64,000 nucleotides of DNA from Catajapyx aquilonaris (Eukaryota), in NCBI GenBank assembly GCA_000934665.2, contig JYFJ02002523.1, positions 1 through 64,000 on the forward strand, read 5' to 3'. Made by a program: the position numbers and the translations under genes. Of the stretch, positions 47,071-59,300 are shown in pieces (the stretch's first letter is position 1; each line of letters opens with the position of its first letter). Under the pieces are notes generated by a model. That model did not search any database. It saw nothing but the letters and a program-made list of their open reading frames with translations, and was not told the origin of the DNA.

Positions 47071-50000
47071 TACTCCAGCCCCTGGATTCTACTTGGGGGG
47101 GATTGGAACTACCACCACTGCTACTACTACCCCCAAGTCATTTCCAATTCATCCTTTTCTCACCCATGGCTAAAGGTAGGCAAGCTGCTGGGGAGGGAAG
47201 GCTTCTTTCCAAATTAATGATCGCTCAGCACGGTGTTAGTGGGAACGCTTTTCCCGAGATTGGGCCGCGGGGACAAGACTGTGATTGGGAAATAATGTAT
47301 GGAGAGGAGAGGCACTAAGTTCGTTTTTTTTTCTTCTTTCTTGGGATGCATGCTGGGGTGGTTGAAGGGCTTTGGAGTGTGTCAATGAAAGGGTGATTTC
47401 GGGCGGGAGTATAAATGGATGGCACTTGGTATGTAGTGGGTAGAGGTGCTCTTAGGCCAAGATTTGGGTTTAAAAAAGGGGGTCCATTAAATCACGCTGA
47501 TTTTTTGACCTGCAATACCCCCATGTCACTGTATTGTAGTCAACCCTCCAGCTGTCTGTGGACGAACTCCGAATTGGCGGACATTCGGGTTGAGTTTCAA
47601 TGGTATTTTAAATATTACAGATACTGAGCACATAGTATATGCTTAATCTCTAGAACCTATGCGAATTAGCGCCGTATGCCTTATAGAGAGCAAAGTACTG
47701 TACCTTTCATCTCATGATTCAGGCAGCAGTTGGAGGTTTCGTGCGTGGTTTAGCTACTCGGTATTCATTATTGTATGCTCGCAGGCATACATTACTCTGG
47801 CAAAAGGCGGAGACTTATTAATTTAGTAGTTCCATCATTAAATTTTGCACACAGCTCGCGGAAAACCGCTTACTAGTACATCAGATTATACGTTATTGCC
47901 CTCATTAATGTCTCGGTACATTAATGTATTGAAGCTATATAGGCTTCTGCACTGAGAAAAGTGAAGGCCGTGGTAGCATATAGGAAAAAGTGTAAAGTGG
48001 GCGGTTTGAATTATGTACAGTGGCTGGAGTCAATTATTTTATGCAACTGGGAAGTACTTATCATGGAAAATGCATATATTTTTGAACTACACGCACATAA
48101 ACATTGAAATGCCTTGTAGGCCTATATGTGTTTACTTGAGCAATGTTATATAATGGTGCATTTCATAAATTCAGACTTTCCCACCGATCTTCGGAATGGT
48201 CTAATGATATATGCTGACATCAAGTGATTTCCAGATTTCCTGGCTTATTCCCCAAGGCCGAAGAGATTCCCAGATATACTAGAGTAGAGTGCTTTCTTCA
48301 TTCCAGAGTGATTTCCTTATTGAAGATCGATTTTAGATATGAGTAATTCAACGTCGTAAGTGAAGCTCGTCGTCACTTGCTTTCACTCTCATTGAAGCTT
48401 CACTACTTGATTATATTCTATGCGATTTCAATCAGGTTTTCTGATTATGGAAGTTTGTCTAATAATAGTTATTATATCATAAATATGGCCATGCACAGCT
48501 TGTGCATTACTTTAACATGAGCATGTGCCTGTGGCGGATATGCAGAATGCAGTATATATACGGTAGCTGAAACTAGGCCTAAATCAAGACGATTTTCCCG
48601 TACACTCTACTCGCATGACTGTTTAAATATTTACAGCGTAGCATTTACAGTGTAACGCTGCGGCGCAACATCAAACACGAAAATTGCAACTAAATTAGAT
48701 GGCTATGTAGGTCTACTAGGTACTAAACAGAATATGTATACCGTACTGCGGTTGACATTTCACAGGTTATTTTAAACCCTACGCAAAATAACAGCATTCT
48801 ACTAAGTAGGATAGTGAAGGGCGTATATGTATAATTAATTGGAGCCTTTAACCTTAACCTGGCCAATTATTTTGATTCATGTTTGATTATCATGGCTTAC
48901 AACGCACTTGTCCTATATACAGGTACAGTATGTGACGAATTTGCGGTAATTTTATAATCACATTCTTCTGTCCCCATGTAACAGACACCGCAGTTCATTT
49001 TTGCCCAGCAGAGTTACTTTCTACCAGCCGATTAATTTGCATACGGTCCCGCGCCGCAGAGACATAAGATTATTCCCTTCGGCTGCCAATCGCCGACGAT
49101 TCCATTAATTTTCTGGCTCTTATCTTTCGAAAATAAAATTTTAGTTTTGATTTCGCGAACAAATGTAGAATTTAATCTACCGTCATTCCTAATAATTTTA
49201 TGAAGTGTAACCTGCAAGGGTCCCATGTACTCTGTACAGTATGTAGCCTAATTGCTCTCATTAGGTACGGTACCGAGGCAATGAAAGTATTGCATACTCG
49301 CGACGTAAGATATGGTGTACGTAATGCACACAATAATTTCTGCTAATTATTTCAAATTTGTCTGAATTATAGTTAAACACCCTGCATGTAACTGATTCAG
49401 TGTAAAGCTAGAATGCAGTAGTCGAAAAGCACTAAGCAACAAAGTTCAGGAGTTGGGGAGTCCTAATCGTTCGGCCAGAGCTCAGAGTCTCCCCATGCCA
49501 CAGGCCTGCCCAGCAAAAAAACGAAAAAAAGATTTGTAGACCTTCAATCCAAAATTCTTCATGCCAGCGGGGCTGGGATGCGGAAGTGGCAATTACATTC
49601 TGAAGTTGCACGGTGTTACAATGGTAGTCTATTGATGTGACCTACATAGCAGTTTCTTAGCAACACTTAATATATAGATTATAGACTGTCCAGACTGGTC
49701 CAGACTCATCCAGCTTAGAATAATAATCAGTGAGGCACATTTCTGGAAGCTTTAAATTGAGTTATGCATTTGTGTTAAGTATATGGTCCAACTGACACTC
49801 GTTCAATCATCGACAATAAGCACTCCGCAGCACTCCAACTCCAACACAAGTAGCCTACTTTCAGGAAAATCAACACCAGCACCGACATTTTTCGTATTGT
49901 TATGGGCTAAAATCGCTACATTATTATATTTGGAACCAAAAAGTACAGTAACAGACACGGTAAAAATATTTTGTATTGGCCCATCTATTTCAGCCCTTTT

Positions 50001-53000
50001 TCAAAATGAGGCTATCACGCTGTTTATTTATAGGTATAGGGACTTGAAAAGCATTAATATCTGGTAGCAAATTCCCTCTTCGATTATTGATGTAATCACG
50101 ACCCTGCTAATGAAATGGATTTATAATGCACATCACGAATTAATGTTGCACTGTACGCCATAGTCGACTATGATTCTGCGGCTTTCTATGAAGTGGTGAG
50201 TGTCACAGGTAGTACATCAATGAGCTCTACAGCAGTTTATTTTGTAGCTGTTCATTCATTATTTCTGATTTATACAGTACAATCGGGACTATTGAATGCG
50301 CAGATATGGGACATGATAAGCTATTTTAATATCTGTATAATTATTATGTAAATTACTCTTACATAAATCAACCTAAAACGACCTGAAAGTGTATCTGTGA
50401 ACCACCATTTAAGAAATATTCATTTTTTGCAGTTTCCGTCGTGTCGATATATCCCTGTTGTCCACTATACTATATAGTGGCCTAGTTCCTATACCGTCGG
50501 GAATAGCTCACATACCATACAACATCAATCCCATATGCAACGATGCACCCCATTGAACCAGCGTCCGGCACCTCTCTCCAACAAAGCGGATATTCTACTA
50601 GACACTAATTTCGCCAGCATGACCTGCCTTCCGGCACCATACTTAGTTCTCGAGACGTGCCATACATTCTGTGCTACCACTGACCCATATAATAATAATT
50701 GAAATGGTACCATTCCTCTGAGTTATTAAAAGACATTACAAGTATCTGTCTGGCTCAATCCAGCATATTTTCACAGTCTATATAGCTGCATATTGCTTTT
50801 AATAATTGTAGTTTCTGCCGCACAATCAATAGCAATGAATTGCCATTTCCGCATCTATATCCCAAGTTAGACAAGAGCTTTTGCATGCCATATAGCACAA
50901 CCTACATTCCACCTTCCTCTTGACATTCTTCGCAGCCCCCGTCAATATCATTTGGAGCCGTCCCTTTTCCTGCCAAAATTACGTTCCAGCGGTAATAACA
51001 TTACTGCTGATCTAATTCACGTGCAATTGCGATATTTGCGCCAGAATTGTGCGTCTCACTAAAAGGCACCGGTGACCTCGTTTCCCATCCAATCTTGCAA
51101 ATACCCCAACTTGAACCTCCTTTTTAGGAATGGAGGGTAAGGTGATGGGTGAATAGGCCGCAGCCAGACGACAGCACACTGCCAATAAGCGTTTCTAATT
51201 GGTACAGAGGAAAGAAGCAATGAAGAAAAGTGCAATATCCACCCCTCCCTACTTGCTTTTTCTGACATTCCAAACGCCTAGAGTTTCTTGACTTTTTTTT
51301 TCTTATTCTTCTCATTCTTTGTGCCCCGTTTTTTGGGGACGACCGTGTCTTTCCGGGTCGTGAGACGTTTCCGGGCGAAACAGATTGACAGCAAATGCTT
51401 CGGGGATAAAGCAATTTCTCAAAACCAGGGGACCGGTGACACTTCTTTGGGAGGAAATCAAACGGCCGGGTGGTAATAAGAAACAAGGGACATTACCAGT
51501 GGGGGCTACCCTCGACCAAGTGACATAAACTAAAAGGGACGTTTTCATTCCTAGATGGAATTTTTTTTTCTAGCTTTTGCGCCTTTGTAACTTTTATTCT
51601 AGGAAACTTTATAATTGGTACTTTAGGAGGATTTTTTCTTTCTCTATACTGATACTAAAACCCGAGCTAATTGGGTAAAAAGTTTTTGCATTTTGCCGAA
51701 AATAGATGCATGTGCACTCCGCAAGTTTGTTGATCCCATCATAAATGGTGCGAGGGAAGATAAAAGGACCCGTGCCCGTGAAAAAAAAGTTTTTTTTCTT
51801 CTTCGAAACCCATGAAATGACGGTCTGATAAAAGCGCTCTTTTATTGCAGCATTTCACGCCTTTAGACTTTCTTTGATGGCGTTCGTGATCGCTTTCTGA
51901 CTGCCGAATGTAATTCTACTTTTGTTAGACTTTTGCGATACGCATTTCTTTTTTTTCGGAACAAAATTCTTTATCTGAAGGATTTGGAGCATTGTTTACA
52001 GAGATACTTAAGACCGCGTTCCTTCAAAACACTAGGGAAGAGAAATAAACCAAAATTATGAGGTCTTAAAATTTCTTAATGACAGTAGTTCTGCTCTTTT
52101 GGGTAATTTCATTCCTCTGTGGAAATTCCACGAATCTTAATGGTTTGCTATATGATAATGACTGGCAAGTGCGAGGTTAATTAATTTATAATTCACGACT
52201 CTCATGAGCGGCGGGTCAAAATCCTAAAATTACTTGGCATGAGAAAGTGAATAAAACAATGGTGAGCTCCCATTAATAAATTCTGGCAGGCCTCATGTCT
52301 CGCAGAGCTCGCTGTTTAAATGGCGAAAAAAACTACCAGCTTTGCTGTAAGTGCTGCCGACATTTTTAATGGCAAGACTGGCCCCTGTCATTAAATAATA
52401 TTTTACGGCTCAGCATATACTGCATGTTTTCAGAGTAATAAACGATGCAACTGTAAAAATAAGCCATAGTCGTACTACGCATGAGCTAGCATAATATTTA
52501 CCTATATCCTTGCTTCAAATTATTTTATACGCCCTCTCCACCTGTTGAATATATTCATTTAATTTCAGATTCAAGAGGAAGCGGAAGTATAAGAGAATAT
52601 TATCTCAGCTGCATGATGGTGATTATGTTACATCACGTTTTTGTAATATTTGCGGCTGCACAAATACCTGATACGTTTGTTTATCAGTTGTTTATAGACT
52701 GGGATTTTTACAGCATACTACACAATTTTAGCACAATCCTATTGCAGATTATATTGCCAGATCATATTTGCTGATATGCAATGGCCAATAGTACAGTAGC
52801 ATAATTTACCATTTTCTTTTATTTTTGTGTGATAATAACTCTTTCTTGCTGCACCAACTGCTGTCGAGTGAAAAAATAACTGATAGACCCTACATAATTC
52901 TATCAATTTATATTTTATAAGGTAATTTTTATGTCAACTTGCATGAACTATTCATATCTACGGAATATTTATTTTACAAATTTCGAATTGACCCGAAAGA

Positions 53001-54404
53001 GCGCCAGCTTTAATATTGCAAGTAAAATCACACAAGCGCGCAAATTATTTAGCAGGTAGTGAACCTGACATACGTATTTACGAAAGATTGAACACAATTA
53101 GGCACGCTATAAATATTGCACAACAAAACTGGGCAAAATCCACATGCCAAAAATACGGTGGGCCAAAAGCTATAATACTGTACTTGAATATTACAGTATT
53201 TTTAGATTTTATTTTAAATTTTATCTATGAATTACTATATTTTCAATGAAGATGATCTCCATATAATAGACAAATTTTGTAATTTCTACGTAGTTAATGA
53301 ATACAGTAAAATAATATTACCGCTATTGTGGGTAACCATGTATACTTTCCACGTCTTACATGCAATAGTAAGAAATAACTAATTACACGCGTAGATATAG
53401 TTTAGCCGTATTTAATCCTTCTTTCCAGACCCCTTTTTTGATGCCCAAATACCGCTCCCGGTTAGAGTACATCATTAGAATCAAGCAAGCGGAAATAATT
53501 GGCGCTACAATGACAAGCTAAGAGATCCAAAGAATTCATTTCAATTCCCCCGTTGCTTTCGATTACGGCACGCGCGTCTTTATAAACTCTTCCTGTATTT
53601 GAAGTTAGAAGCGTTATAAGCTTCTCCTCTTCCTTTTCCCCCTCTTCAGCTATGCAGTTATGGTAACTGGATGCTCAGCCGAGATATGTGCCTGCTTTGT
53701 ACACTTTGGCGGAAAAAAAAGAAGAAGTTGGAGAGACGCCAGTACGTCAAAGCTCGTCACGAGCCAACGGGTAGACTGAATTTGAATTTCACGCACCAGT
53801 GCCTTAATCCCATTAGGTCATAACAAGGGGGGGCTGAACAGTCAAATTTTGCTCCCCAGAGGAAAACATGAGAGGCTGGCAACTATACGGACGAGTTACA
53901 CACTAAAAAAAAAAAGGAAGAGAATTGACACAGTGGAGACGAATGGCTAATGGGAATGAGAAATCAGGACACGTCGCAAACACCATGTAATTTTGTTTGG
54001 AGGAAACTACATCACGACCTGGACCTGCCTGAGTAACAAACCGCAACGGAAAGCACTATGATGTATAGTTATATCAGACGCGGCGGTTTGTTTACATAAA
54101 TTTTTCTTTCATATGTGTTGCACCTGTTTACAACCCAGATCGATTTTCGCATCAGTCACTGGAAGAGCCTGCAGCATTTCGGAAATTTTATTGAGACGCA
54201 CGGGCAGCTTTTTGAGTCCCCTTATTGAATTTCCGTTCTAATGGCGGAGCCAGCAGCAAAGACGCTGTATCAAAAGAATCACGATTCCCTCAATTTAATT
54301 TGATAATAAATAATTATGTGTAAACATAACCTTATATTTTAACAACAAAATAATTAATAATCATAACTGGCCTCATATTAGTAATTAAATGTATAGTATA
54401 GGGC

Positions 54405-54405
<1 letters not shown>

Positions 54406-54483
<78 letters not shown>
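54406..54483. repeat. (ATT)26 microsatellite
   Basis: Perfect att run. Confidence 0.97.
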
Positions 54484-54817
54484 GGCGTAATTATTTTTTA
54501 AAAATATTGTAGAGCACTATCCGATAACAGTTGCTTTGAAAAGGTTGACGCGTGCATTGTGTGCGATATAAATGTCAGGATAAACGGTGGTAATTGTTTC
54601 CTGCCCGGAGCGAGTACATTACGATATTGTAAGCAAAGTCACGTTTCGGAGTGGGCCGGCAGCAAATAGATTTCAGGCAGCACGGAGTGTGGCTCTCTTC
54701 CGCTACGAAGCGCCACAAACACAGCAAACACTGGCGCCTCTCTGGCCGGCTCTTCACCAACCAGGAGAACTACCAAAGAATCAACAGATAAAAAAAATAA
54801 TAGAAAGAAACACCTAC

Positions 54818-55096
54818 CTCGAAGGCTCCCTTGAGTACGGGACCGGCCTGACCCACGTACAGAGTGGAGGCGGTGTCAAAGACCAGCTCCTTTGGGTCCC
54901 TGTTGGTCACCACCGAGGTGTAGTCCTGGCAGTTGACGTACAGGGTCACGTTGTCATCTACCACTTTGAAGGAAAAGCGAGTCCATTTGTGCAGGAACGA
55001 AGGGACCACGAAGCTGGCCAATGTTCTGGACATGATGGCGCTTGGGTCCGTGTACATAAGGCTGATCTCGGTTTGGTCCGATCCAACCTGCGAGAG
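54818..55096 (-). CDS. Mp: Multiplexin TSPN/LamG-like domain exon
   Basis: atgtgcag|LSQVGSDQTEISLMY...LASFVVPSFLHKWTRFSFKVVDDNVTLYVNC...LVFDTASTLYVGQAGPVLKGAFE|gtaggt; 279 nt. Confidence 0.92.
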
Positions 55097-55214
55097 CTGC
55101 ACATTTCCCCCACATTAACCCGGGTTCACACTGGTCGTTGTTGTTCGGATCCGCCGCTGTGTCACATGCTTAAAATAGCAGTGATTTTCAACAAATTGAG
55201 CCAAATGAGCTTAC

Positions 55215-55480
55215 CTTGATGCCCAGTTGGACCACAGTGTCCAGAGGATTGACGATGGCGAAGAGGTATCCCTCTTTTCGCTCCGGCTTGACGGTGACCA
55301 GCAATGCAAAGTCCCGATAGAGCCTCTCGGGCACAAATAGGCGATAGTGGGCCTTGACATCGGAGCCTACACGAAGACCATAGGCAGGAAATCCATCCAG
55401 ACCTTCTTCAAAGTACTGTTTCCGCATGTCCACAAATGGAACGGCGATGGCCTGCAGGATGTCATGCTCCTCGATCGGGT
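55215..55480 (-). CDS. Mp: Multiplexin TSPN/LamG-like domain first exon
   Basis: gccatcag|xPIEEHDILQAIAVPF...EGLDGFPAYGL...DFALLVTVKPERKEGYLFAIVNPLDTVVQLGIK|gtaagc; 266 nt, phase 1/0; upstream exon not found in the window. Confidence 0.92.
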
Positions 55481-56379
55481 CTGATGGCAGCCAAAAAACA
55501 AGAAGGAAAAAAAAGAGGAGCAAGTGAGAGTGATTAATCTTTGGCTAGAAGTAGGTCGTGTCGCCTAAGAGCATGCGACTATAAAAGGATGGGTACTGCA
55601 TCCTTCCTAACCTGGAATATAGCCAACTCAGAGTTTAGTTTTGCGCAAAGGTGCGCCCGGTTTTGCAAAAGAGCAGATGTATATAGGGCATGACGACTGA
55701 CCTATATGCAAAAACGTTTAAAAAAAGATAACTGATTCAAGTGGCTGTATTTTGAGACAATGCGGAGGTCCTGCGATTCATTTGGAACTTTGCCATGGCA
55801 ACAATTCATATCCTGGCAAGTTTGCAGAAAGTACTAACTAGTGGTATTTTTTTTTGTATGGGTACAGTACACGGTACACCCGATACAAATCTTCCCAACA
55901 GCTTGATGCTAATAATTACACACTGCCTTCTGAAAGTGACGTGTTTTACACTTTAAATTTTAAAATCCCCCGAATCGCACCTGATATCTGACGCTGATTG
56001 GAGCATCAAAATAGGAGGCCAACAATGCGCATAATCATCGTTGGAGGAAAAGGAACCGAATGAAAAAAAGTGCGTGCGACAGGTGATAATAGAGGGAGGG
56101 GCCTAGGGATGTCATCGCTCCGTATTTCACGCCCGTGGAGGCAAATTATTCACGGCTGCCTCGTTATTAAAGAGTTGGAAACTTAGAACCATACCAATTT
56201 GCATAATGGATAATACCGGAGGAAGGAAGATTCAAGAGGTTTTATACTCTCCGCGACGGTGAAATGGGCTTTCAGAGTTTCATCTTGCCGCGTTATCTAG
56301 ACCTACAATACCTGGAGTGATTAGTAGGTACAGTAAATGGAGGAAGCTTAAGTTTGGGGCAACTTGAGTGAAATCTAAA

Positions 56380-56394
56380 AGCGCCATCTAGGGG
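56380..56394. promoter_or_regulatory. CTCF-like motif
   Basis: AGCGCCATCTAGGGG resembles the CTCF core (reverse complement CCCCTAGATGGCGCT). Confidence 0.35.
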
Positions 56395-59300
56395 GGGGGG
56401 GGGCATGGCTGCTTTGTGTGTGGCCTACATGAGAGGAGATTTTGAAAGAGATTGCAAGTTAAATAATCAACTTGAAAGGTGTTCGGATCGGAGGGGGACT
56501 GCCTCCTGCAATCTTAATGAGTATCTTCTCAGGCAAGTGGAGCAAGAAGCAGCTGGGGTGACATTTTGGAGACGTTTTCTGGGAGACAAGGGGTTACTGA
56601 GTGACCCCTATAATCATGACAGATTGTTCATGCCTCGTTCATTAGGAAGATGCTACGTAATTATTTTTTTTGACGGATTTGACGCAACTTTAAAAGCTAC
56701 ACGTTCATTCAGTAGGTTCCTGTCCCACTTAAAATATACCAAAAATGTATTTAAGACCTTATTGCGGGTGATAAGGTTCAAAGGTTGTGTACCCCAAAAA
56801 TCTGCCAGGCGTGACTTTTTCACATTTCAAAGAGGCTTTCAAGTTGCGGTCTGTTGGAAACGAAACATCTGCGGAATTTTGAAACCACTGGGGCCCGCAT
56901 GACACTGGCGGAGACATCATTACATGGTGGCAGCAGCAGGCGCCCAAGTTTAGTGTCCGTGTACAGGTTTGAAGTAATGTGTGACTCCCGTCAGGCTTGT
57001 ACACTTTTTCAGGCAGCTGTGACTTAAGAAGCAGACAGTAGTTACGTAGTCTCGGGTTACATCCGTCGTTTGCGTCACCTGTTAGTAATAAATAGTTTGG
57101 GGAAAAATTGCGCGTTTTGCTAGCCTCTGCTTTCAGACATTTTTAGAAACGTGAAGGTTGCGTTTTGACCATGGCCTTAAATGTGGTCGAACAATAAAAT
57201 TTTTAGGTAGAGATGGCCCGTGGGAATAATGACCAGAATAATTATCACAAGGACATTATGAAAATATATGAAAGCAAGTCCCGAATAAATTATTAAAATA
57301 CCAAAACCTTGCTTTTTGCATGCACAGGCGCATATTTAGCATGTACTCTTGTTATTTATGTGTAGGTGTGCATATTTGTGACAAATGCCAATTTTTGCCC
57401 AAATCTTAAACTGACATGTAAGCTACTTAGCAATCATTACTAATCCCCTAAATCATTACATAAGCTGTATAATTAAAACCAGTCTAGTCTTTTTTAAAGC
57501 CTGCCATTCCGACCATTCCATTATATTATGAACCATTTAGTTGGCTAAGGACCCACCTTTAAACCGTGGGCAAAGATATACGCCCTGCAGTAATATGATG
57601 GTGATGTTGTTGACCACGTGATTTAACCCCGACCCCCCGGCCGGCAAACTCGGCTAATAGACCATGTTGGCCATAAAGAGGTCGACAATTAGGCAACCCC
57701 ATAACACCACGGTGTGCCCCCCCCCCCCACTACCCCTGGGTGTATATACGGCGCGCGTCGCTCCCAACTTGTTGGTAATAGGCGCCGGCGCCTATTAGAA
57801 CCAGTTTTATTCCATCCCCTTGCAGCTGGCTCCAAAGAGACGGCGCCGTTAAGGGCCCAACGGAGCTCGTTCAATCGGGTACCAAAGAGGCCTCCGGTAG
57901 TGTAGACTTCGGCGTCTCTCATCGGCCATACCCCCTGGCAGGACCCATCCTACCTATTTGCGGAAAACGGCTGCTGCCTCTCCATAATTAAAGCCGGGGC
58001 TTCGGGGTAAAACAATAGATCTTTTGGACCTTCAGGCCACGGCCGACGACCATCAGGATGATTAGCCTTTATGTCCGCTGGATGCCCAACAATTCTACTG
58101 TTTACTCCTAGGACCTAGATGTTTCATACAAAGTGGTCTGCTGTATAAAATATATAACTTCTATACTCATCCCACTCTTGCTGTGCAGGTCTTGCTGGCA
58201 ACTAAGGGACGCAAATGATTTAAGTGAGTGGTTGCCTTGTACTGGAGCAACTTCCCACATTTGCACTACGTGAGGTAGCGAAGTAAATGATCAGAATCTT
58301 GTTTTATAGTCTGGACCCTGAATAACATGCGGCTACTGTATGACCAGGGACGTGTCTGCTGCATGGGAGGGCGCTTGTCTGGTTTAATCTTGTTCTGTGA
58401 CTGTCTCAAATCCCATTATTTAATAGGTATTTTTTCCTAAATTCAGGAGCGAGTCATGGAAACTCACATATCCTTTCTTCATATAGGCTTAGTATAGGAG
58501 ACATGAAGAGAAGGACCAGAGGTATAATGAAATTCTGGACATGACCATGGCATTTTTTTTTCAATTATCTGGCTCAAACCGAAACTGCTGGTATAAAACG
58601 ACACGCACGACCTACCGGGTATCCCTTTCGGATGTAATCTATGTCGCAAATAAAATACCCTATGTACAGCTATAAATTCAGGTGCGGACAAAAAGTTGCC
58701 ACACAACTATTAACAGGCGCCAAAATCTGTTATGCAAGGTAATCTCACTTGTAGCGAGGAAAATTATTGCTTGTGTGACTTTGCATGCCCGTCTAGCTAT
58801 GGAGTGGAGACCTTGACTACGGCAACGAATTGGCGCCAGATGAAAACAATCTTCTAAGCGAGCGTGATTTTTTAACGGTTTAATTGTTCTGTAATTACAC
58901 AGATGATGAATGGTCCTCAAGAGCGTTTCAATCATAGGGCTTGTTGTGCTGTCAACTTAACCAAACACTTCCTGAATTGTGCGTTATTCGCATTTGCAGG
59001 GGAACTGGATTGCGATATCGATTTTCATGATAAGTAAACTGAGTGACAGTAATTTATTATGATGTATTTATTAGCTCAAAGTCACGCCCTTCAACCCTCT
59101 GTTGAAGGGCAGTATTTTATGCGGAAAATGTCAAATGTAGTCGAGAACTGGAAGAATTTATGTGCTCAAAGTTCTTACGTCTTTTATCTGTACAGTTCTT
59201 ACCGGTCATGCCGGTTCTATTGAGTAATTATTTTAGACACCTCTATTTCCATGTATAACCTTCCCTTTCTTTCAAGGGTGCCATGAAACTTGTACAAAAT

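Larger units (their letters stand above)
14122..55480 (-). other. Mp: Multiplexin (collagen alpha-1(XV)/(XVIII)-like) gene span, 5'-incomplete
   Basis: 23 traced coding exons sum to 3539 nt with consistent phases; domain order TSPN - Ser-Gly/acidic - interrupted collagen - trimerization - endostatin. Confidence 0.93.

Noticed and set aside
54587..55219. 210-aa plus-strand ORF
   Set aside because: Antisense to the TSPN exon
56405..56902. 165-aa plus-strand ORF in the intron
   Set aside because: No recognisable family or motif; compatible with a chance ORF, though a BLASTp would be needed to exclude it
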